DNA from: an uncultured Rivularia sp.
GTDB lineage: Bacteria > Cyanobacteriota > Cyanobacteriia > Cyanobacteriales > Nostocaceae
Length of the DNA stretch: 64,000 bases
Direction of reading: 5' to 3'
NCBI GenBank assembly: GCA_963665115.1
Contig: OY762007.1
Coordinates: 608,001-672,000 of the forward strand
Both the position numbers and the translations under genes were made by a program. The notes under the pieces were generated by a model. That model was given only the letters and a program-made list of their open reading frames with translations, did not search any database and was not told where the DNA came from. Below are positions 9,888 to 20,499 of the stretch, in pieces. The number at the start of each line of letters is the position of its first letter. The first letter of the stretch is position 1.

Positions 9888-11700
9888 CTATAGTAAAGCA
9901 ACCACGCATACAGGAGAACCACTACCTCCACGCAATCTCAAAATCCCAATAACAATAGTTATTCCAGTAGAAGGTAACTGTTCCAAATTAGTTAAATTCT
10001 CTAATACAATGCGTGGTTGATCTAAAACTAAGCGATTGATGGTAAAATTTGTCTCTTTTCCCCCATCTACACCGTGAGTATCGATGCCAATTCCGGCAAT
10101 ATTTCTTTTTTGAATTAATAACTTAGTTGCATCAACACCAAAACCTGGAAAATGCATAGTTCCTCGAACATCTTTGTTAAAAAAAGCTTTCTCATCATTC
10201 CATTTTTCTTGCCAATCCGTTCTTAATAAGACTAGACACTTATCGGGAATTTTCCCGTATCGATCTTCCCAAACCTCAATATCAGCAATACTCAGCACAT
10301 AATCGGGATTAACTGCCACAGAAGGACAAATATCTATCACCACGGCAGGTAAAACCAGTGAATTAGCCGGGTATTCGTCTATTCCCGCACCATTACCATG
10401 AAAACTTATCGGTGCGTTGATATGAGTAGCAGAATGTTCCCCCATTGAAAACTGACGCAGATAATAACCATCTTTTTCCCAATCTGCTACCGTTTCAAAT
10501 TCTACGGATGGATCGCCTTCCCATCGAGGAATATTTGGATCGATAACGTGACTTAAGTGAATCACGCGGGAATATGAAATTTGATGTTGAATGTTAGCAG
10601 AACTAAAGTTCTGCGTTAACCTTGCTAAAGTAGCTTCCATAATCGCACTACTTTGCCCGGTGACAGTAAATACCAAGGCTTCACGATAAATCCGCTGTGC
10701 TGCATGATGAGTGTAATTAGCAGCCCCACTAGAAACAGTTACCGCCCCATGAGCTATTCTTGTTATTAGATCGATAGCCCAAGCTCTTAATTGCAGCTTT
10801 TGCCTAAACTCTACTTCTTGCTGCCTTGCTTTCCCAATCGCACTACGACAGCTATTTAACTCAGCTTGGAGAGAATTGAAAGCATCATTGATAAAAGATA
10901 ATGATTTCTTCTCAAACGCCGATTTAATAACATCTAAACCAGCTTCAGCACATCCAAAAGCGAGAAAGGTAGCTCTAAGAAGATTCTTTCGATCGTTTTC
11001 CTGTATCCAACCCGGTGGTTTAATAGAAACTACCAACTCTTCAGGCAGAAACCAATTTAAAGTCGCAGAAACAGTATTTGTTGAATTCATTGCCGCTAAT
11101 TGTGCGGGGCAACTAAAGGTTATTTCACCCCCTGCTTGTTTGGTGTTTTTAAAAGGAGCGATTCCAAAAACGGCACCTCCATCAGGTAAAGTCGCAGCAA
11201 CAATAAATTCTTGGAAGAATCCAAATCCAGTTATCCAAGGTACAACACCATTTATACGATAACCCCCCGGTACCGCAAGGGCTGTAATTATTGGTTCACC
11301 TCTGCGACGCAAATGAGAGAAGCCCACACCCAGTAAAACTTTCCCACTACCCATAAGCGGGAGATATTCTTGTTGAAGAGTAGAATTATCACCCGCAAGC
11401 AACATTCCAGCAGCACTTTGATGTTGTGTTTGTAAAAAAGCTAAAGCCCCAGAATATCTAGCTACTAATTCTTGAAAATTACCATAATCAACTTCGCTAA
11501 ATCCCTTACCACCCCATTTTTCCGGAAACCCTCAACGCTAATAAATCTAAATTCCCCAAACCTTGCAAAGCCTCAAGCAAAGCATCCGGTGATTTATCTA
11601 TTTCGTTAGCCTTTAATGCAACAGTTTCGGATAAATAAGATTTAGCTGAATCCAAGAAAGAAGAAAGATTATGAAGAGACACTTTCGCAGAAGAATCCAT
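9888..11700 (-). CDS. Acyl-CoA dehydrogenase-like flavoprotein fused to a C-terminal cyclase (kynurenine formamidase/isatin hydrolase-like) domain; apparent +1 frameshift at AAA 11526-11528
   Basis: The repaired N-terminus reads LALRVPEKWGGKG...LAFLQTQHQSA. ACAD motifs are INGVVPWITG and AQRIYREA. Cyclase motifs are LSHVI..IPRWEGDP, GEHSATHINAP, GIGIDTHGVD, LENLTNL and GGSGSP. Confidence 0.85.
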
Positions 11701-11775
11701 AGCGGCGTATTTTAACAATATTACCCTAATTCAGCACCGAAGGGGATGGGGTGATGGGGTAATAGGTTACTTCGA

Positions 11776-11872
11776 TAGCGAGCGAGACGTATGTCCTTAC
11801 GGACACGCTACGCTAACGCACTAACTGCTCACTACTCACTACTCACTACTCCCTACTCCTAACTCCTAACTA
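11776..11872. repeat. Nested short dispersed repeat (TGTCC..GGACACGCTACGCTAAC) plus (CTACTCA/CTAACTC)n heptamer tract
   Basis: The same small element recurs at 19178-19303 (nested), 36390-36417 and 55382-55400. Confidence 0.7.
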
Positions 11873-12348
11873 AAATAGATAATCCCCCGAACCTTATATA
11901 CTCCAAGGTGCGGGGGAAGTTCAAATGTTGCAGCAAAAAGTGAATTACTATTTAAGTTAACACCTTAGCAGTTAAGCTTGAGCTAAGAAAATATTAAATT
12001 TAGTTTAAGACATCATGAAAAATACGGAACAAAGAAAATTTTCTCTTGCTTCTACCGTATATCGAAGAATATTTAACCATTCGCCCCCAATTACACATTA
12101 CGTTTGCGAGTTGGTAAGCGACTAACTGTATGTATCCAGATATTACACCTTAATTCTTCGATTTATCTCGGGGTTCAGACCCCTTATTCCCTAACAATTA
12201 TTGATTTATTCGTTCTAGAAAACAATCCCAGTCACGGCGTTGCTCCCATATCACCTTTATGTATCGCCACTGGAATTTCATAATATAAATACATTTATTG
12301 AATTGTCCCCTCGTCCCCTTCCTCATCCCCTTGTCCCCTTCCTTATCC

Positions 12349-13554
12349 CTACTCCTCAAAAAGCTTCTTGGGATAAATCGGAATACTTTTTCTAGTTTCC
12401 TTTCGAGTTTGTTGTTGAGGTATTTCGGAATCAGTGCGAGAACGAAATTCTACAACATTGCTTTTGATAGTAATATCGTAGTTACCGAAAAAGTCGTGAC
12501 CTAACAGTCCATTTTGCAATTCCGATCCGGCGATCGCCACGGCAACTTTCTTAACTTTGACACCACCGGCTTCGATTGAATCAACATAACCGATGGGGAA
12601 TTCTACCGATTGAGCCGAAGCGGTATTTGCCCTTGCTTTGCCAACGGTGGTAACAGCGAGTAATTTAGCCATTCGCTGGGTAATTACGGTACCGCTAGCA
12701 CCCGTATCGACAATCATTTCAAATCGCTGTTTTCCGTTAAAAGTGACATCGATAATTGGCGTACCCCCAATGCGTCGTTTAATTGGGGCGCGAAATGCCG
12801 TAACTTCAGGTTTGTTTTCTGGAATAGGTACGGCAGCAGCATATACAGATTGTGTATCGACGGGTATGGGTATCGGCTGACGTGGTGTTGGTGGTGGTTG
12901 TGGTGGTTCCGCCTGTGGTAATGAGGTAGGTACTTGAATAGGTACTGCGGCTACTTGAGATTGTAAATTTTGTTGTAATATCTTTTGTACTGCTGGAGGA
13001 ACCTGCATTTTTTGACGTGCAATCGATTCTTTCAACGGTGGTACTGTTACCACTATTCTTTCAGGTTCTGGATCTGGATTTGGTTGTCCAAGAGCAACAG
13101 ATTTTTCCAGAGCATAATCAAAATGACGCTGGTATTCTTTAACTTTTACTTTGGCTATAGGATAGTAGCGACTTTGAGAGCGAACCGATTTCATCAAATT
13201 AATAGCATCTTGATAATAATCAGCAACTAATTTCCAATCTTCTGACGATTGAGCCGATTGACTTACACTGAAACCACCACTAGCTTTGTCCAATCCCATT
13301 TCAAAGGAAGTTGGTTCTAAAGTTTCTTGCTCGGTTTTTTTTGAGAGCGGTTTTGGGCTGGATGTTTCTTTTAGCGAGCCAGCCGAATTCACCATGTTAG
13401 ACGTACCTGGCACCGCCAAGGGCTTCTGGGGAATTTTGACGGTTTTTGATTGTTTGCTACAGGCAACACCAACTATAGTTAGTGCGCTCCATAGTAAAGT
13501 TAATGCTGCACGGGTTTTCAAAGGCTCAAGCATAATAATTTTTGATTTTACCAA
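12349..13554 (-). CDS. Retropepsin-like (clan AA) aspartic protease, putative lipoprotein
   Basis: IVDTGAS catalytic motif, GLLGHDF, lipobox VGVAC and a Pro-rich linker. Confidence 0.88.
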   Translation of the reverse strand: MVKSKIIMLEPLKTRAALTLLWSALTIVGVACSKQSKTVKIPQKPLAVPGTSNMVNSAGSLKETSSPKPLSKKTEQETLEPTSFEMGLDKASGGFSVSQSAQSSEDWKLVADYYQDAINLMKSVRSQSRYYPIAKVKVKEYQRHFDYALEKSVALGQPNPDPEPERIVVTVPPLKESIARQKMQVPPAVQKILQQNLQSQVAAVPIQVPTSLPQAEPPQPPPTPRQPIPIPVDTQSVYAAAVPIPENKPEVTAFRAPIKRRIGGTPIIDVTFNGKQRFEMIVDTGASGTVITQRMAKLLAVTTVGKARANTASAQSVEFPIGYVDSIEAGGVKVKKVAVAIAGSELQNGLLGHDFFGNYDITIKSNVVEFRSRTDSEIPQQQTRKETRKSIPIYPKKLFEE

Positions 13555-13916
13555 GCCCTTGGGGGCAAAAATCTACTTTCAGGTTTTAATTATTTAACGT
13601 CGCGAACGCGCCACTATCTGCCTGTTTTTTTCGTAGTCAGAAATATATCTGTAAGCTTAATTAAATTTCTCCTTATATAGAATACCCTTTTTACTATTTT
13701 AATCATTAGGGGCACGAGCAGTTTACCCAGTTTGCAGAGTTTTAATAGAAGTTAAAAGTTGAGCTTAAAAAAATGCATAGCACTTTACAAGCATAATTCA
13801 ACAATTCCTTCACTATTAGAAGCCCCTTTGTACCTCACGATACTTTATAATTATCTTTCGTTCGTGCCCAATAGATAATTACCATTACCTATTGTTGCTT
13901 TATAGTTTTATTACTT

Positions 13917-15074
13917 ATGCCTCTGTTTGACGCAACACCGGCTCTACTTGTCCTAGCAGATGGAACTAGCTATAACGGCTGGTCTTTTGGTGCAACCGGC
14001 ACCGCTATCGGAGAAGTTGTTTTTAATACCGGCATGACCGGATATCAAGAAGTGCTGACCGACCCCAGCTATTGCGGTCAAATCATCGTGTTTACCTATC
14101 CGGAGCTAGGCAATACTGGTGTGAATCCAGAAGATGCCGAGTCAGACAAGCCCCATGTTAAAGCTTGTATCGCCAGAAATATTTGCGATCGCCCCAGTAA
14201 TTGGCGAGCAACTCAATCTTTACCCGACTACTTAAAAGAGCATCATATACCGGGAATTTATGGTATTGATACTCGTGCTTTAACTCGTAAAATTCGCGAC
14301 TCTGGAGCAATGAATGGCGGTGTTTCGACTGAAATACTCGATCCAGCTGAATTATTAGAACGGGTGAATGCAGCTCCATCAATGAGCGGATTAAATTTGG
14401 TCAAAGAGGTAACAACTTCCCACGTTTACGAATGGTCCGAAGCGACTACACCAGCGTGGGAATTTAATACAGATTCCCAGACGAGTGAAGAAGAAAAATT
14501 TACCGTAGTAGCCTTAGATTTTGGCGTTAAAAGAAATATATTGCGTCGCTTAGCAAGTCATGGTTGTCGAGTAATTGTAGTACCAGCAGATACTTCAACC
14601 CAGGAAATTCTCAAACATAATCCAGACGGAATATTTCTTTCCAACGGGCCAGGAGATCCCAGCGCCGTTACCGAAGGAATTGAAACCGCCAAAGCACTAT
14701 TAAAATCTGAGAAGCCCTTATTTGGCATTTGCATGGGACATCAAATTTTGGGTCAAGCTTTGGGGGCGCAAACCTATAAGCTCAAATTTGGTCATCGTGG
14801 TTTAAATCAACCAGCAGGTTTGAAAGAACGAATCGAAATAACTTCTCAAAACCACAGCTTTGCCATCGATCCCGATTCTTTAACTCACAGTGATGTGGAA
14901 ATTAGCCACCTCAACTTAAACGACAGTACAGTTGCTGGAGTCAAACATAAAACTTTACCAATTTTCTCGGTACAATATCATCCAGAAGCATCTCCTGGTC
15001 CTCACGATGCAGATTATTTATTTGAGCAGTTTGTTCAATCGATGAAAAAAGCTCGTCAAACAATTACCGCTTGA
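13917..15074 (+). CDS. carA: Carbamoyl-phosphate synthase small subunit
   Basis: [40 protein letters not shown]. Confidence 0.98.
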   Translation: MPLFDATPALLVLADGTSYNGWSFGATGTAIGEVVFNTGMTGYQEVLTDPSYCGQIIVFTYPELGNTGVNPEDAESDKPHVKACIARNICDRPSNWRATQSLPDYLKEHHIPGIYGIDTRALTRKIRDSGAMNGGVSTEILDPAELLERVNAAPSMSGLNLVKEVTTSHVYEWSEATTPAWEFNTDSQTSEEEKFTVVALDFGVKRNILRRLASHGCRVIVVPADTSTQEILKHNPDGIFLSNGPGDPSAVTEGIETAKALLKSEKPLFGICMGHQILGQALGAQTYKLKFGHRGLNQPAGLKERIEITSQNHSFAIDPDSLTHSDVEISHLNLNDSTVAGVKHKTLPIFSVQYHPEASPGPHDADYLFEQFVQSMKKARQTITA

Positions 15075-15247
15075 GTAAAAGTCGGGTAAAAATAAAGGAA
15101 GCGAAAAATTGGAGCATTATTTAAGTTCCAAATTTAAGCTTGAATTTATTATTTCTGCTGTCTTTTCTGTAAGTAACAGTTAAAGTAGACAACAGACACA
15201 AAAAACATCTATACTTGAGCGTTTGCTTTCACCACGAGGAGGGAATT

Positions 15248-15616
15248 ATAGCTGAACCACTAAATCTAACCGTTAGCCTGCGAGGTACTCGTGAAGTCCG
15301 GGATAGTTGTCAGCTATTCCGCCTCACAGGTTTGTTAGACGCATTTTCCGAGCCGACATTTCGTAAGGTACTTAGTAGTAAGATTGACGAAGGTCCCAGA
15401 CACGTCATCCTGGATCTTTCACAAATTGACTTTGTAGATAGTTCTGGTTTAGGAGCTTTGGTACAGTTAGCCAAGCAATCTCAAACCGAAGGAGGTACCT
15501 TTCAAATCGTCACTAACGCCCGCGTTACTCAAACAGTCAAGCTAGTACGTTTGGAAAAGTTTCTTGCTTTGCAAACTTCGGTTGATAAAGCATTAGAAAA
15601 TACCAAATCCTCTTGA
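15248..15616 (+). CDS. STAS-domain anti-sigma factor antagonist (start uncertain: ATA 15248, ATT 15245 or TTG 15215)
   Basis: LDLSQIDFVDSSGLGAL STAS motif; a strong GAGGAGG Shine-Dalgarno at 15236-15242. Confidence 0.88.
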   Translation: MAEPLNLTVSLRGTREVRDSCQLFRLTGLLDAFSEPTFRKVLSSKIDEGPRHVILDLSQIDFVDSSGLGALVQLAKQSQTEGGTFQIVTNARVTQTVKLVRLEKFLALQTSVDKALENTKSS

Positions 15617-16111
15617 CGGCTTGACAATCGTTCAAATTAGCTATCCGATGTTTAAATCTGGATAGCTAAATTTTTATTTAATAGAATCAAATTTAAGAAA
15701 AAATGATTTTACTTCGATCGCAGCATAAAAAATAAGCTTGAAATATACTTACTTTAGTAATATTTAAGATATATATATTTAATTATGTATATGCAATGGC
15801 TGTAATTTATAACTGGCAAGTATTTCGCAAAAAAAGATCTGGATATTTTTTTTTGCGGAATTAATTCATTCAAAGATAATGTCTTATATGATAGCGATTG
15901 ATATAATATTTAAGTTTAATAAAATTGGCGTAAATAAAAGTTAAAATCAATGCTATGAATCTGAAATAACAAGCTAAAATGATCGGGAAACTTTTGTAGC
16001 TATAGCGGTAATAAGCGTGAAACAGCATCACCCGGATAAGCGAGTAGTAAGCAAACTCCAAAATTACATCACTTCCCGATAATTATTAACCATTACGTAA
16101 GGGATTCAGTT

Positions 16112-16585
16112 GTGACAAAGGAGGAAAAACAATTAAGTGCAACTTCTAAAATTATCCCCAAAGATTTATTTGACTTTCATGAGTTAAGACCTAATGCAGA
16201 CCAATTGTTACCCAAACTTTCTGTGTCGCAACTACACCAACTTTCTCCTTCCGCTCTTGCTTATTTAGGTGATGCAGTTTACGAACTGTATATCAGGAGA
16301 TATTACTTGGTACCACCCCGAAGAATGGAAAACTACCACCATTTGGTAGTGGCACAAGTAAGAGCCGAAAAGCAGGCAGAAATGTTAGACTTGCTCGACC
16401 CATATCTTAATAGTAATGAATTAGAAATTATCCGTAGGGGTCGTAACGCCGCTACAGGTCGTCCCAAACGTTTAGATCCCCAGATATACAGACAGGCTAC
16501 AAGTCTGGAAACTTTGATTGGCTATTTATATCTCACTGACACCGAACGATTGAGCGAGCTTCTGCAAAAACTTCTTCTGGAGTAG
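16112..16585 (+). CDS. mrnC: Mini-ribonuclease III
   Basis: [18 protein letters not shown] and [16 protein letters not shown]; adjacent to rlmB. Confidence 0.92.
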   Translation: MTKEEKQLSATSKIIPKDLFDFHELRPNADQLLPKLSVSQLHQLSPSALAYLGDAVYELYIRRYYLVPPRRMENYHHLVVAQVRAEKQAEMLDLLDPYLNSNELEIIRRGRNAATGRPKRLDPQIYRQATSLETLIGYLYLTDTERLSELLQKLLLE

Positions 16586-16686
16586 TAGCTGAATATCTGA
16601 CTCGGCGAATGTCAACAAATGCTGAGGTCTTCGGTAAAAAAAAGTGAGAGAAGATGCCTTACATCTAAGCTCTACCAAATAATTAT

Positions 16687-17691
16687 ATGACCAACCAACC
16701 AAGAAAGATTAAGATTGATGGTGATTCGAGCCGGAAGCCTTCTTTAAAACTGAAAGGCAAGCGTTTGCCATCTCCATCCGGCAGTAAATCTAAAGATAAA
16801 AATTATAACTCTGTAATTAATAAGCCTCGTCAGAATCGTTCTAATTTTGAACATCCATCATCATCATCATCATCATCATCGTCTACAGAAGCCGAAGAAA
16901 CTAGCGACCTAATTTACGGCCGTCATTCCGTTTTGAGTAGCTTGGAAAACCAACGTTCTCTCAATCGGATTTGGATTACTTCTCGTTTGCGCTACGATCA
17001 CCGTTTTCACGATTTGCTTTTACAAGCTAAAGGGAATGGCACAGTTATAGATGAGGTAGAACCCAGACGTTTAGATCAAATTACTAAAAATGGTAATCAT
17101 CAAGGAGTAGCAGCGCAAACTGCTCCCTACGAATATTTTGATTTACAGGATTTGATCGAAAAGGCGAAATCCGTAACCGATACACCAGTGATAGTTGTTG
17201 CCGATAGTATTACAGATCCCCACAATTTGGGAGCGATTATTCGCACGGCTGAATCCATAGGTGCCCAAGGCTTAGTAATCCCTCAACGTAGGGCTGTTGG
17301 TATTACTTCTACGGTAATGAAAGTAGCAACTGGAGCTTTAGATAATTTTCCCGTCGCTAGAGTCGTAAATCTCAGTCGTGCTTTAGAAGAATTGAAAACC
17401 GCCGGTTTCTGGATTTACGGTACTGCAAGTTCTGCGAGCGAACCCTTACACACCGTAGATTTCAACGGGCCACCAATTGTTTTAGTAATTGGTTCTGAAG
17501 GCGAAGGTTTAAGTATGCTGACACAAAAGTGTTGCGATGTTTTAGTATCGATTCCCTTACAGGGCAAGACTCCCAGCCTTAATGCTTCAGTAGCAGCAGG
17601 TATGGCACTATACGAAATTTATCGCCAACGCTGGAACAACACGCTTAACTTAAAAAATTTGCGAAAAACCTCTTCCAAAAACCATATGTAA
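16687..17691 (+). CDS. rlmB: 23S rRNA (G2251-2'-O)-methyltransferase, SpoU family
   Basis: [24 protein letters not shown] and SLNASVAAG; poly-Ser from (TCA)n near 16858-16880. Confidence 0.95.
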   Translation: MTNQPRKIKIDGDSSRKPSLKLKGKRLPSPSGSKSKDKNYNSVINKPRQNRSNFEHPSSSSSSSSSTEAEETSDLIYGRHSVLSSLENQRSLNRIWITSRLRYDHRFHDLLLQAKGNGTVIDEVEPRRLDQITKNGNHQGVAAQTAPYEYFDLQDLIEKAKSVTDTPVIVVADSITDPHNLGAIIRTAESIGAQGLVIPQRRAVGITSTVMKVATGALDNFPVARVVNLSRALEELKTAGFWIYGTASSASEPLHTVDFNGPPIVLVIGSEGEGLSMLTQKCCDVLVSIPLQGKTPSLNASVAAGMALYEIYRQRWNNTLNLKNLRKTSSKNHM

Positions 17692-17775
17692 AAGAGTATA
17701 AAGAAGTGTAAAGGCAAAAAAACGACAGCATAGTTCTTTAACAACCGCTATCAACTTTAGTAATAGACGAAAACC

Positions 17776-18078
17776 ATGAACATCATTGGAAATCCTTTCA
17801 AGGAATTTGTTACCAACATCTTTGAGAACCTTGGCTTAGCTTGGTGGGTAGAGATTGCCACTCAAAATCCTAAGTGTACTTACTACTTTGGACCTTTTCT
17901 CAATGGCACGGAAGCAAAAGCTGCCGTCAAAGGCTATGTAGAAGACCTTGAACTTGAGGGAGCGCAAAATATAATTGTTAATGTCAAACGTTGTAAACCA
18001 AAAGTTTTAACCATTTCTGAAGACTTGGGGGAATGGTTTGACCGTAAAGTAAAGCCTGTCTTTAGCGGTCAAATGTAG
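17776..18078 (+). CDS. DUF1816-type conserved cyanobacterial protein
   Basis: WWVEIxTxxPxCTYYFGPF and GYVEDLxxEGA motifs. Confidence 0.85.
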   Translation: MNIIGNPFKEFVTNIFENLGLAWWVEIATQNPKCTYYFGPFLNGTEAKAAVKGYVEDLELEGAQNIIVNVKRCKPKVLTISEDLGEWFDRKVKPVFSGQM

Positions 18079-18308
18079 TTGAAAGCTTTCAATTAAGAAA
18101 GCTTTTATATTAGGCACCATTCGTTAAAAAATAAAGTGTAAAGTATGAATAATAAAAATTGACTTATTCCATACTTTATGCTTTATTTTCGTTAATGCCA
18201 GAAAATGTAGAGACGCGATACTATGACCGTCTCTGCCAGTCAATTTGTGGATAAATTTTAATTAATCCCAAATCCAAAACATCAACATCCGTTGTTAAAA
18301 TCCAAAAT

Positions 18309-19127
18309 CTAAAACTGTATGGTTTGTGGATTATCCTTCAACCAACAGTCAATGTCATTTAATAGTTGCTGGGGAATTTCCCACGGGAAAAGATGGGCTG
18401 TATTTGGATAACAGTGAAATTGACTATTTTTTAAATGTTGAGAAGTTTCTAAGCTGCATTCAGCCGTTATATGTCTGTCTTCTTTACCTGCAAGTACCAA
18501 GGAAGGGCATTGAATTTGGCTTAAGTCGCCAACTTTATTGTATCCAGCCCTAATCGCCGAATAAAGAGCGCGAGTTGCCTTATCTGAAGTTTGTAAATAA
18601 GCCGGTATTGCACATGAAGCAATATACCCGTAAGCAGTGGGATTATGTTGTTGAATTAGGTAGCGAAAAAGAGAACGCTTACCAAACGTATCAATATTCC
18701 ACTGCCAATTGGGATTTACAACACTTAAAAGAGCGGCAATACCTGTATAGAGATTATCTTGCCATGTAATTGGTGGATGATTGCCGTGAGGTCTTGCAGC
18801 TGTCGCTATTAAAATTAACCCGCTAACCCTTTTAGGAAATCGCTGGGCTAACTCCATAGCTAAAATACCGCCTAAAGACCATCCCAATACTAAGCATTTT
18901 TGAATCCGAAATTGGTCTAAGAGTAGTTCTAAGTCGCTTAAATGGTCTGTCATAGCAAAATTGCGATTAAAGCGACTGTTGCCGTATCCGCGCAAATCTG
19001 GAGCAATAGTTTGAAAGCGTTGCGACAGATGATTCGTAAAAACAGAAAGACTCGAACCCGAACCAGGATGCCCGTGCAAGCAGAGAATCGGGAAACCTTC
19101 ACCTTGAGTATAAGCGTTGAGTTGCAT
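18309..19127 (-). CDS. Alpha/beta-fold hydrolase
   Basis: LHGHPG, DLRGYG, GWSLGG nucleophile elbow and C-terminal AHLFPWE. Confidence 0.92.
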   Translation of the reverse strand: MQLNAYTQGEGFPILCLHGHPGSGSSLSVFTNHLSQRFQTIAPDLRGYGNSRFNRNFAMTDHLSDLELLLDQFRIQKCLVLGWSLGGILAMELAQRFPKRVSGLILIATAARPHGNHPPITWQDNLYTGIAALLSVVNPNWQWNIDTFGKRSLFRYLIQQHNPTAYGYIASCAIPAYLQTSDKATRALYSAIRAGYNKVGDLSQIQCPSLVLAGKEDRHITAECSLETSQHLKNSQFHCYPNTAHLFPWEIPQQLLNDIDCWLKDNPQTIQF

Positions 19128-19129
19128 TA

Positions 19130-19322
19130 GAGAGTTGGGAGTTAGGAGTTAGGAGTTAAGTAGTTAAACTTCTAATTGTATGTCCCTCCGGGACACGCTG
19201 CGCTAACGCTGGTAACTGTTCGCTGTATGTCCCTTTCGGGACACGCTATGTCCTATCGGACACGCAATACCTACGGTACGCTTCGCTAGCCGCTAACGCT
19301 AACACTGTTCACTGTTCACTGT
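19130..19322. repeat. Heptamer STRR tracts with a nested cluster of small palindromic elements
   Basis: (GGAGTTA)n and (CACTGTT)n tracts flank TGTCCC..GGGACACGCT, TGTCC..GGACACGC and TACC..GGTACGCTTCGCTA units, followed by stacked GCTAAC tails. Confidence 0.75.
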
Positions 19323-20059
19323 TAACTGCTAACAGACTCTTTATATCCTCCAGCGTAGGTGATAACGCACATCTGTCTGTAGGTAGTGTGAATTCCGAAT
19401 GCAACACCGGATACTTTGAAATCGGGATTAAACATATTGATTCGATGACCGCGATCGGGAACTCCATCATCAATGATTAGCTGCATGACTATATCCCTTG
19501 CAGTGTGGGAACCGTAGCTGATATTTTCACCGGCAGTAACTTGCCATTTTCCGTAACGACTTAAACGTTTGAAAGGGTCGCTACCATCGCTACCGTTGTG
19601 ACCGACGATACCTTTAGGACCTTGATCCTTGACATGATCTTTAGCCGCCAAAGACATTCCCTTTGAAGTAGTTACCGGAGGTACGGGAGAAACAGTTTTT
19701 AGATAGCGAATAGCTTCATCAACAGCGGGCACACCTTCTTGAGTTATTAAATAAACATTTTTAGAAATTTTGACTCGTTTACCTTCAAAGCGTTTTCTAT
19801 AATCTTCTAATATAGCAGCATAAGCTTGAGGATTTGTCCGAGCCAGATTCATTTCGGCAACTACTCGTTGTTCCAACACCGAAAGGTTACTATCCCGCCT
19901 TACAGATTGAGGTATTTTTGAAGGAGTTTCCGACACGGGAGGTATTGGTTCAATAATTTCGACAGCAGAACATCCAGCAAGTAGGCTAAAAGGGGCTACC
20001 CAATAAAATATCCGACGCATCAACAACCTCATAAACCCATGAGAACAAAGTATAAGCAT
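19322..20059 (-). CDS. CAP/SCP-domain protein, putative lipoprotein
   Basis: LLAGC lipobox, [15 protein letters not shown] and GHRINM. Confidence 0.88.
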   Translation of the reverse strand: MLILCSHGFMRLLMRRIFYWVAPFSLLAGCSAVEIIEPIPPVSETPSKIPQSVRRDSNLSVLEQRVVAEMNLARTNPQAYAAILEDYRKRFEGKRVKISKNVYLITQEGVPAVDEAIRYLKTVSPVPPVTTSKGMSLAAKDHVKDQGPKGIVGHNGSDGSDPFKRLSRYGKWQVTAGENISYGSHTARDIVMQLIIDDGVPDRGHRINMFNPDFKVSGVAFGIHTTYRQMCVITYAGGYKESVSS

Positions 20060-20499
20060 TCTTATAGATTCACGATATTAACATCAGTTTCCCGATTGCG
20101 GACACTACAAAGTTATCGGTACATCATTTTTCGATATTGCTTATGAAGAAAAATTTGTTAAATTTGTAGGTTGGGTTAGACACGAAAACAAATTGTAGTT
20201 GTAATAAGAATATTAATTAATCACTTTGAAGAGCCAAACAAATTGCATTTGTGAATACGATTTATATTCAAGGCTTGACTAACAAAATTTTAAGAAGGGA
20301 CTATGTTCCATACCGAGCCACGAATCTTCAAATAATGCTGTATCAAATAAATTTGTTGTCATTCTATATGTCAATCGAATCTTATGAAAAATATTAAAAA
20401 ACCCGGTTTTTTCAAAAACCAGGTTAATAAGCTTTTTTAAAGTTAGGAATTAGTAGTTCCCCAAAGAAGCGAAAAAATATTCCCGAACTATTCTCTATA

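Noticed and set aside
12132..12146. NtcA box
   Set aside because: The spacing is GTA-N9-TAC rather than GTA-N8-TAC.
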